29,032 nucleotides of DNA from Atractiella rhizophila (Eukaryota). The notes under the pieces are model-generated. The model saw nothing but the letters and a program-made list of their open reading frames with translations. It was not told where the DNA came from and searched no databases. The translations under genes and the position numbers were made by a program. Numbering within the stretch: position 1 is the stretch's first letter; each line of letters opens with the position of its first letter. Where the stretch lies: assembly GCA_021432655.1 (NCBI GenBank), contig MU271313.1, forward strand, positions 62,001-91,032, in the 5' to 3' direction. Shown here piece after piece: positions 1-10,287 of this stretch.

Positions 1-1197
1 ACTCAATTGTCAAATGTATAGTCCAGATAGTCCTACACAGCTAAGCACTGTGAAAGACGTCAGGAAGCGATTGAGAAACGTGCGATCGCATCCACCGAGA
101 GCACGGATATCTTGTGAATAAAGTGCCTTGATGTGATCATAATGGTGAAGTGATCGAGACTGTTTGAAAGTCCACGACTATAGCATTGCTCAGACATTAT
201 GCAGAAATCTTAGCCAACAGACCTCCCACTCCTACGAGCTTCAGGTCTTGAATTGTTGCGCCGGTGAATTGAAGTAATAGCTTGATATCTCTCCAGAAAT
301 ATCGATGACTAATCCTACATGAGTATTTTGTAGCAACTATATTCAGGGAAAAGACCATTCCAACAAGAATTCAAGTTACCAAAGGGGAGGGGGAGCGAGC
401 GAGCGAAAGTAGTGAATCAGAACCCCCATAGTTTCATTTCTGCGTGGACCGTAGCCCGTATAAGATATCAACAGGGGAACCAGTTGAGGCATGGCGAAAG
501 AACGTTTCCGCGTTCAAGGTGAGGTCCTACACAGATTATGATATTTCGGTCACTGTCCAGATGGTATCTTCGAAGTTCCATTTTGAGGTAACAGGCAAAG
601 AAACAATGTCCTGCACGTTCCTGCCTGATTTAGCACCACAGGACTGCAAAGGACGCGACCAGTTGTGATAAATTGATCCCTGGCTGGAACATGATGGGTG
701 TGACGGAGAAGAGAAGAAGAGGTTCGGTTCAGCTTCCTTCCACAATTCATTGCTCTTGCTGCTGCAATCAGATGATGGACCTAACGGTTGTGCCCTATTG
801 CCCAAAAACCCCGCACACAGATGGTCTTTCAGTCATCTGAAATCGGGTCAGCTTGCAGGCTGCCGCCTCCCTGCCCGTCTCCCCATCGAACTCTCAGCAG
901 TTTCCATGCTTCATACAGGCCAAGAACTTGCTGTACCATCCCGACCCAGCCTCCTTGGCCTCTTGTCCTTCCCGTGGCGGTAACATCCTGCCTTTATCAG
1001 GCGCTATTTTTGTCATCAGCTTCGGTAAGAGATTGTTTCTAGATTGCCACCATCATTCCGACCTCATGCTGCTGTTTTTAAGCCGATCTAACGGCACCGG
1101 TGGAGTCAAAAGCGCCTTAGCTTTCATTTGCTTGTCTGTCACCCTCAACTTACGGAAAAGCTGTTGGTTGGCTTTAAGTTTGGCGTCGTGACAAGAT

Positions 1198-3478
1198 ATG
1201 GCAGACGAGAAGATCACCGCTGTTGATGTCGAGGCTGCCCCCGTCGAGGTGAAGCAGGCAGGAGAGAAGAAGCCTCGCTTTGGGTATGGCAAAATCGGCA
1301 ACGTTAGTATCTCCTTCCACCCTTTCAGGCCCAAGCTCTGATCGTTTTGCCCCAGGTCTTTGCCTGCGGAACTGCGCTGTTCTCTGGTACCCATCATCCT
1401 TCTGCACGCGCTGTCCCAAATGCTGAAAATGCATCACAGATGGTTATCAAAACGGAGTCGTGGGAGATGTCAACACGATCTTGGGCATCCTCTACCCAGA
1501 CACCGTCGCAAAGAAAAACTATGCGAAAGCTTTCAGGAGTACAGCATTCGCTGGAACGGTCGTTGGACAATTGGTCTTTGGGTACTTCTCCGATTCGATC
1601 GTTCGTCGCTCGATGTCTTCATCTCCCTGGATCATAAGACCAGAACTGACAGGAATAACAACAGGGAAGAAAGTTCGGAATGATCCTGGCGACCCTGATC
1701 GTTGCAGTATTCGCCGCCCTCAGTGCCGGCAGTTACGGAGGTGGAACGACGGGAGGGATGTTGAGTGCACTCGCGGCATGGCGTTTCTTCATCGGGATCG
1801 GTATTGGAGCAGAATACCCAGCAGGGTCTGTCGCCTGTGGAGAGAGCTCTGAGGATCCTGCGATTAAACAAGGCATCCGACATGGACTCTTTGCTCTCGC
1901 CACGAACAGGTACGCTTTTCACGCGACATATATTGCATGACTGAATCCATCGCTCGACTGTAGTGCCATCGACTGGGGATTCGTCATTTCCTCCTTTGTC
2001 CCGCTCGTCTTCCTCTGGATCTGTGGAGAAGACCACCTCCGACTCGTTTGGCGCCTTTCACTCGGTTTCGGTGTCATCCCTCCCCTGCTCGTTCTCATCT
2101 GGCGATTCGGAATGCAGGAGCCGGAAAGGTACAGGAAGGAGGCCATCGTCAGGGGCAAGACTCCTTATTGGCTCATCATCAAGAAATATTGGATCCCGTT
2201 CTGCGCTCTTTCCCTCTCCTGGTTCATTTACGATTTCATCGTGTACCCCTTTGGTGAGCTAATTCCTCTCAATCATTCTACAGAGTGAGTTCTGATTGCA
2301 ATTCAGGTATTTACTCTTCGACCATCATTAACCAAATCATCGGTGCTGACGCTTCGTTGACAACCGTCTTCGGTTGGAACGTCGTCGTAAGTCCCACCTC
2401 GCTCAATCAAGAGTCTAGCTTATTGTGAGCAGGTGAATCTATTTTACATCCCTGGAACAATGGGCGGCGCATTGCTTGTCGACTGGGTTGGGCCCAAACG
2501 CTTAATGTGCATCTGTCTGATCCTCCAAGGTGAGCCTTCATTGTCTCTCTGTGCACAGTAGGCGGTAAGAATAGGAATACACTGACTTGTTATCGCTTAG
2601 CTATCCTCGGATTCGGCATGAGCGGAGGATGTTAGTTTCTTCACCTCCACCTCAATCTTGAACACGAACTGACCAAATCTCAACAGACGATCATCTCATC
2701 AAACACATTGGCGGATTCACCGTCGCCTACGGTACTGGATTGATTCTTTGTCAATATTGTCAGAAATCTGATGTGGCGACGACATAGGTATTTTCCTTTC
2801 CCTTGGAGAAGCAGGCCCAGGAAACTGTCTCGGACTTCTAGCCGCCAAAGTCTCTCCAACAGCATTCAGGGGAAAGTGTAAGTCTCGCTCTATCGCTGAA
2901 GACAAAGAACGTATTCTAAGTATAAGAAATAGTCTACGGCGGAGCAGCAGCTGTCGGAAAGATTGGAGCCTTCGTCGGTAAGAACTCTCATCTCATCAGC
3001 CTCCGCTCATACAGCCGATAACTGATGAAAATGATGGTTTTCAGGAACCTGGGTGTTCCCAGTGATCATTGACGACTTTGGAAGTGGAACAGCTGGCCAA
3101 ACTGGACCCTTTTACATCGGGAGCGGTCTCGCAATCCTGTCCGCCATCGTCGCTTGGTTCTTCCTTCCCGAAATCGGCGGTAACCATCTCCTCGATGCCG
3201 ACGCTGAGGTGCGACCCCTTCTATTCCTCTTCCATCTCTTTCTCTGTGTCAGAACAGCACGGAATAGAGTCTGATGAGCGTTGTGGGTGCTGCAGTTCCG
3301 CGCTTATTTGGAAGCGAATGGATACGATACGTCGACGATGGGCGTGAAGGAGGGAGAGGAGAATACACTTGAGAAATGGTTCGCTCCTGGGCCGAAGAAC
3401 GAGGATGTCGACAGTCTCGACGATAAGGAGAAGTCACCGGAGGTGGATGCTAGGTCGGACGTCAAGGAGGTTCTCTAA
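1198..3478 (+). CDS. GIT1: MFS glycerophosphodiester/glycerophosphoinositol permease (GIT1-like), multi-exon
   Basis: Spliced reading MADEKITAV...[31 protein letters not shown]...[22 protein letters not shown]...[25 protein letters not shown]...[11 protein letters not shown]...[24 protein letters not shown]...[12 protein letters not shown]...DVKEVL*. These motifs match the PHS/Git1 family of MFS transporters. More than ten short GT-AG introns. Confidence 0.85.
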
Positions 3479-3714
3479 TGGAAACTTTTATGTTCTGGGT
3501 GACAAGCATGGTATTACACGATCTTTAAAGCTAATTATAAAATACATTTGGCAGTTATCTCATTGTTCCAAGCGGTAATGTGTGGAAAGCAAGAGCGTGG
3601 ATACTAACATTGGTTCATCGAACTTGGTGTATGAGGAATTTGCAAGATGGATATTCACATTGATTTTTCCTATCAACACTCTCTCATATCTACATAACCT
3701 CAGAATTGAGAACA

Positions 3715-4175
3715 TCAAAGTGCTCCACCTCTATCTGCGTGCGACTTCTGCTGTGTCTCCTTTCCACCGTGAAGAATTTCCCGATCTAACGCAGTGAATG
3801 TCAACAATCTTTCCATTGACCAAAAAGAGACCAACTCACTCGCATCTGAGCCTCCGAGTCCACTCGTCCCAGAAGAAGGATTTCCAGTGACGAATTCCCC
3901 AGCTTTATCCGCGAAGGAATTCACGGTATCCTTCGCCCCATGAGCAAGGGCAGTGAGACCCGTCGCGTTCTTCTTCCTGTGGGACAACCACAGTGAAATT
4001 CGAAATTTGAATGATGAGTGCTGATAGACAGGTTAGGGGGAGTGACGCACTCGTATGCCTCCCAGTTTCCGCCTCCTGCTCTGTTGTGTGGGTTCGGGAC
4101 GTGAGAGGGGTTGGTGGATGGTTCGCGGGCGGGAGAGGTGGACGAGTTTTGTTGGGGACCGTTGAGGAGCGACAT
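3715..4175 (-). CDS. Small hydrophilic hypothetical protein (~110 aa), 3 exons
   Basis: Exons 4175-4051, 3976-3840 and 3785-3715, joined across introns GTGCGT..CAG (74 nt) and GTGAGT..TAG (54 nt), give one open 333-nt frame: MSLLNGPQQ...NWEAYEKKNATGLTALAHGAKDTVNSFADKAGEFVTG...SDANREILHGGKETQQKSHADRGGAL*. Confidence 0.6.
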
Positions 4176-4394
4176 CGCTTATTTCTATACCTCAAAGCTT
4201 CAAAATTGACTTGTTAGTGTGAGGGTGACAGCAATAAAGCGCTTTTTATGCACTGTGAGAGAGATGAAGAGGTAAAGTGACGTCACTTCAACACTTCCGC
4301 CCGTTGCTTGATGGCAAGAAGGCCGCCTAGTTTCCCGTAATCCAGCTTTAATCTCTTGCGGACATCCCGATCGCCTCCTTCTTCTTCACCAGCA

Positions 4395-6876
4395 ATGGAG
4401 ACGACGCCATTCCCATCTCCCCCACGCTCTCCCTTCCTCCCTCCCTCTGCCGCCGACCTCCCGGAGCCGGAATCTCCGACACCGTCCTCGCCCATCTCTC
4501 CGATCTCGCCCACCTCTCCGACCTCCGCCACGGGTGCTGCCTCCCCTCCGCCCTCCGTGCTGTCGAAGACGTCGCCGTCGGAGCCCCCGTCGCTGCTAGA
4601 GAAGGAGAAGGCGCGAGGGTCTACCCTCACTCTCCAGACGTCGGCATCGGTGGAGGCGGAGGTCGCGCAGAGTCAGAGTCAGAGGCAGAGCGTCGCTTCT
4701 ACGTCGACGTCGTCCAAGGAAAAGGAGAAGGAGAAGGAGAAGAAGCCGAAGAAACAGCCACCGTCCCTCGCTACGGCAGTGTGGAGACAGAGCTTGGTGC
4801 CTGCCATTCCGTCCCCAAAGAGTTTGGCGGACATCACGCTCGACTCTCCCATCCGCGAATCGACATCGTTACACTCGTTACATGAGGTCGTCGAAGGTGA
4901 GGAGGAAGGGGGAGGTGGAGATGGAGAGTATGGGTTCATCACGAGACATGCGAGAGATGTGGAGGGGTTGAAGAGTCCGGTGTCGGTAGAGGGGGAGGGG
5001 AGGAAGCTGATTGAGGAGATGATTGCTGGTTCGGGTGGTGGTGGTGGTGGAGGAGGAGGAGGGAGGACTGGTGGAGGGATGGAGGAGGTCGTAGATTGGG
5101 AGTTCTGGAGCGAGGTAGTGAGCGACTACGAGTTCGTCTCATCTATCTATCTTTCTTTCTAGACACTAACATGACCTGCCAACCTCCACAGACAGGTAGC
5201 AAAAACCCGTCGTTCGTCGTTCTCTGTCCTATAAGACGTTGTTACCTATCGTTGACTCCTTTGCGAAACAGCTCGCGCAGGCCATCCAGTCCGGCATACC
5301 TTCTTCCCTCCGTGGCCTCCTCTGGCAACTCATGTCCGCTTCAAAGGACCCTTCACTCGAAGAATTATACCATGACCTCTTGTCTCAGACTTCTTCTCAT
5401 GAAAAGTCCATCTCGCGCGATCTGTACGTCTTTCTCATTTCCCTTACCTCTCCCATCTTCCTAATTAAATGTAGTGCGAGGACATTCCCCACGCACCCTT
5501 ATTTCTCTCAAGAGGGAGGACTGGGACAAGAGAACTTGTTCTCACTAGCCAAAGCGTACTCTTTATACGACGAAGAAGTGGGATACACTCAAGGGATGCA
5601 ATTCGTCGCAGGGGTGCTACTACTCAACGTTTGCCTTCCCTGCCACCCCATTCCACTCCATCTCGCAAACTGATGGAGTCATGGATTGAATGATAGATGC
5701 CAGACGAAGAAGCCTTTTGCGTTCTCGTCCGGCTAATGAAGTCCTATGACCTCCGCTCACACTTCGTTCCCAACATGCCAGGGCTGCAGCTACGGCTCTT
5801 CCAATTCGACCGACTCCTCGAAGAAATGTGTCCAACCGTCTTCCTACATCTCATCCGTCAAGGAATCAAGGTTTGTCTTCGTTCACCCGCGCATGTGCCA
5901 TGCGAAAGAGAATGAATGAGCGAGGCTGAGAGAGAAGATAGAGTTCGATGTACGCCTCCCAGTGGTTGCTCACACTCTTCTCCTACCGCTTTCCCCTCCC
6001 CCTCGTATCCATAATCTACGACCTAATCTTCGCCGAAGGTCTCGAAGCAGTCTTCCGTTTCGCGCTCTCTCTCATGAAGAACAACGAGGCGAAACTGGTA
6101 CAGCTCGAGTTTGAGCAGTTGCTCAACTTTTTGAAGAGCGGAATGTACGAGGGGTATCGCTTAGGTGACGGAGGGGGAGGTGGGAGCGTGGGTGCGAATG
6201 GGGGAGCGAATGGGGAGGATTGGGACACCAAACGGTTCGCGGAGGATGCGTTGAAGGTCAAGATCACGCCTTTCATGTTGGACGGATTCGGTTCGTTCCT
6301 CACTCTGTTTCTCCGTTTCTCTCCCTTTCGAGACCATTGTTGATGAGATGGGTCGGTATGATGTAGCTCAAGAGTGGGCCGAGATTAGAGATCAACAAAA
6401 TGGTCCGTTCTCCTCCTTCTTCTCTCTTTACCTCTTCTGGGTTGAAAGCAAGCTAAACACCGTCGTCGGTTGTATAGCCCACGCTCAGGAGCTGGCGAAT
6501 CTGCGAGCCGTGAATGGACAGCTTTCGGCTCAGGTTAGGAGATTGGAGGTTAACCTGGCTCAGATCAACGAGGAACATGTCAAATTGGTGAAGGAGGTCC
6601 GTTCCCTCTTCTCACCTGAAACGATACACCTGTAGCTGATGGGGTTTGATGGACAGTTGGTCCTGATAAAACTAGACCGTGAAGGCCTAGAAGAAGAATT
6701 AGTAAAATGTACGTCCCTCACCAACCAAACTTCTACCAACTCACTTCTCCTCTTCTTCCGTTCGACAACGCATAGATAAACTCGCATTTGCAGACCTGGC
6801 GCACGAACGGGCGCTTGCAGACAGTCATCGGGCTAGCGTCGCCAGCAGCTTGAACTTTTCGTCAAGTTCGCGTTGA
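4395..6876 (+). CDS. GYP5: TBC-domain Rab GTPase-activating protein (Gyp5/EVI5-like) with Pro/Ser-rich N-terminus and C-terminal coiled coil
   Basis: TBC motifs VDWEFWSEVVSDY, GIPSSLRGLLWQ, IxxDxxR finger (ISRDL|ARTFP), YxQ finger (EVGYTQGMQF), MPDEEAFCVLVRLM, MPGLQLRLFQFDRLL and YASQWLLTLF. Last exon reads YKLAFADLAHER...SSSSR*. The orthologue name is tentative. Confidence 0.85.
5034..5062 (+). repeat. (GGT)n(GGA)n coding microsatellite (poly-Gly) in the TBC gene
   Basis: ggtggtggtggtggtggaggaggaggagg lies in frame in exon 1. Confidence 0.8.
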
Positions 6877-7186
6877 AGGCTGAATGGAGAGGTGTCGTGG
6901 GGAGGCGGGATGGTGTTCTTTGCAGTCACAGTAATCATTTTGTAGTGAGTCGGTGCATTAAGATCGTGAACTTCATTTCATTTCTATTCATTTCGTCAAC
7001 TTTCGCCGTGCCTGACGGAGCAGAACAGTTATGGGGTCCTGAAATGTGTCAATACTACTTGGCCTTTTGGCCTCTTCTTTACAAGAGCGATACATTGACG
7101 TTGATTACAAGAACATCTACAACAAAACTCGCTCGACAGTACGATCAGGTCAACAGGCAGAGTGCTAAACAGCAATGGGCTTCGCC

Positions 7187-10027
7187 TTAAAAAGTTTGTT
7201 CATACCCCTTCCCACTCCTCATCTTCGTCCGTTTATTCACCTTAAAATGTTTCTTTCCATCTTTTCCGGTCTGCACTCCTCCGCCTCCTCCAACCAACGC
7301 AGGATGATTGACTCTACTGAATCCCTCTTTTCCCAGCGCCGCATTCGCTGCCACACCCTTCACCATCGGCCTCGCACTCAAGCTTTTGAATTCCTCCACG
7401 GTCTCCCCATCCCTTTCAAGGTCAATGAAGGTATCCGCTCCTTTCCGCACTCTCGTCGTCGGAGCTTTCTTATTGAACTTGGTCAGCGTTTTCAGCCTCT
7501 CAAGATCCCGATTCGGTGCGTTAAACTCGTCCACTTCTGTTCCGGGTGGAGGATGACAGTACAGTAGCTTGGCATTCACATAGTCTTTGAGTATTTGACG
7601 CGCCGAACGATGCTCATCCGGATTTCCTTGTCCTGACGTGAAGTATCCTCTCGCCACTGCGGATATATCAGCCTCCACTCTCTAGAACTACTCCGTCGAT
7701 AGCTATCTGGAGTGGCCACTCACCTGCGAAAGCTTCAAGCAATTCGTCAGCCGCTAATTCCCCCACTTCTCCCAAACTCAGACCATAGACACCTCCAAGG
7801 ACCTTTCTCCCGATTCTTTTAGCAACAAGGTCTACTGGAGCCCTCGCCTCTCTCATTTGATCAATGGGTAAGACGCCATCGCAAATGAGATCTGCGGTCG
7901 TCTTCGCGAACTGCGGAAAGACGAGACCTGGACAGTCGCACAGAACAAAATCAGGCAGGTGGTGGGTCTGGAAGTGTTTCGTTTTTCCCGGGGTAGAGGA
8001 GACGGATACTCTTTGCGTTTGCGAGGTTTGAGGAGCGAGAGCGAGGAGCAAAGAGTTGAGCGTGGAAGATTTCCCGACGTTTGGGTACCCAACAAGGCCT
8101 ATAGTTGGCTTCCAAGTGGTGCTGGTAGCCGTGGAAGGAGGAGACGAAGCTGATGGTGGAGAAGAGGGAGAGGGACAGTTTGCGACGAACAGTGTGGCGA
8201 GCTCGTGCGCTGTGAGCACGCGAGATCGGTCGTTCGATTGTGAAGCTGATGCCTTGGATTCCTCCGCTGGAGCTGGAGCGGGCTCTCCCTCTGGTTTAGC
8301 GGCAACCTCGTCGTCAGTAGCCTCCTCATCTTCACTCTCGTCGTCTTCCTCCTCGCCTTCCATGAGGTCCTCGTCCTCTTCTTCGAAAGTCGCCATATTT
8401 GCCGAATAAAAGGCCACTTCCACTCCTTGACCGTCAAAATATTCGAGCCACTTCTCCCTATTCACCATCCAGCATTATCAGCAAATTTCACCTATGCTGC
8501 AACTGAATCGTGGGATAACCTACCTTTGTTCTGCTGTCAGCAAGTCACTCTTATTGATCAACAACAAGTTTCTCTTCTTTCCCCTTCCTTCCACTCCCTC
8601 TGCTTCTCCATCCTTGCCCCCTAGTTCATCAACATACCTCTCCAAATCCTTACATCTAAACACCGCCGGATTCCTCGCATCCACAATCTGAACCACGACC
8701 TCCGCTCTCTCAATCGTCCTCCAAAGCTGTCTCCAGACCTCCAAATTCCTCTCAAAAGGTGTCAACAACAACTGATCCTCCCCTTCTCCCTGTTCCAACT
8801 CCGCCAATCCTCTCCTCCACTCGAGGAATGACGACCTCTCCAACCGTTCCAATTCGGCGGGAGAAGTGGTCGTGGTCCATTTTGGACGGCGGGGTACCAA
8901 CAATGCGGATTGGTGAGTCCGCATGGCCCGATCGCTGGAACGGGGAAGAGTGGAGGTCGAGGAGGCATCTTCGATGACGTGAGTGTTTTGTTTCGTAGCT
9001 GTGAAGTCGGTAGCGGCTAGGAGAGCGGTGGAGAGGAAGTTGGAGAGTGAGGATTCCTGGGTTATTGAACTATTGGGACGAGATCAGTTCTGGTCGTTAA
9101 CAGGTTTCCGCGCATGGGAAGAACGATGGACAACCGTGGTTCGCGATAGCTTTGTAAAGATATTACGATCATTTGTGCAATGAAGGTTTAATCGAAAGTC
9201 ATTTTGAATCAGCGTGAAATAACTTGTTTGGTGCTCATACGCCAAGAGTCAAACAAGGACAGTCAAAGCATCTGAAGAAAGAAGTTTTCAAAACTTCTTC
9301 TCATGACTCCAGTTGGAAGCTTAACAAAAGCCTCAAAACTGATCTACTTTGATGTTCTTTGGAGTTATGCACAGCATAAAACTATCAGATGGAAGGCCTC
9401 GTTCAAAAAACCTCCTTAGGAATAACAAATAAAGTGGCCCCTTTTGTAATTCTGGACCGCTGGGACTTCAGACAATATTTGATAAAGTTGAAAATTACGC
9501 AAAACAGCCCTGTTGAACGATCAAACGGCAATGTGTCTACTGAATTATGACAAAGGGACTCTTTTGGATGTCAATTGAGATGACTAAAGATGGAAGTAAA
9601 ATCAAGACAAGCTCTCATATATGATATGAGGCGGCACTTCTGCATATGATCAGAGTAGATTATGATGTCAAAGCAGGACTCCAAAATCGAGTCAAGCAAA
9701 TCAGGTCAGAATTGGGATTGGCAAGGAAAAAGGTGAAAGAAAGTCGTACTTTTTCCCATGTGGTAAATCAGTCGTATGCTATCTCAACAGCCAATCCATC
9801 AGTCATAAATTCATAATGTAGGGTGCGAGAGAAAGAGACGGACCAAGGCCCTCTCATACTCTGCTGCCTGGGCTTTCCTTCGATGATTTTGCAACGCCTT
9901 TCCCAGGTGTGAATCTGATTTCTTTGGGGGCTATTTAACACTATGGTCAGAGATCTAGAACACGGTGGCAGACATTCGATGTTGTTCGTATTGAGTCTGA
10001 TTTGTCTGAAAAGTAGAGACATACCAT
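7187..10027 (-). CDS. LSG1: Large-subunit GTPase 1 (circularly permuted YlqF/YawG-family GTPase, 60S maturation)
   Basis: Motifs LTPFERNLEVWRQLWR, VQIVDARNP, G4 INKSD before G1 GYPNVGKSS, VSSTPGKTKHFQT, LCDCPGLVFP, GVLPIDQMR and ARQILKDYVNAKLLYCHPPP. 5' exons found by hand: ATG only (10027-10025), PPKKSDSHLGKALQNH...(9930-9844), HTTDLPHGK (9778-9750), then SITQESSLSNFLSTALLAATDFTA from 9069. Confidence 0.93.
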
Positions 10028-10287
10028 TGGTTAAACTTACTCTTTTGAGCCCCTTTTGTGCTGCTTTCGTGAGTAGTTAATGCGATAAACGCCAGGTATC
10101 CGGTAGTAGTAATCAATGAGTCTGGCGATAAGGCTAGTAATAAAGCGTTGGAGAAATCGATGATTGATAATGGTGGTGAGTTGATCGAAAATTTGGTTGT
10201 CCAAAATGCGTTTGCATTCCCACACTCAGACACACTGGTTCGGCTACAGGAGGATAAACAGACATCACAACCAATAAGAGCATCAGC
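10028..10287. promoter_or_regulatory. Probable bidirectional promoter region between LSG1 and SEC3
   Basis: The divergent start codons at 10027 (-) and 10288 (+) are only 260 nt apart. No specific motif was identified. Confidence 0.55.

Noticed and set aside
1..1190. Several short overlapping ORFs upstream of GIT1, including a signal-peptide-like MFQPGINLSQLVASFAVLWC on the minus strand
   Set aside because: No consistent spliced frame or recognisable domain; the peptide stops after 20 codons.
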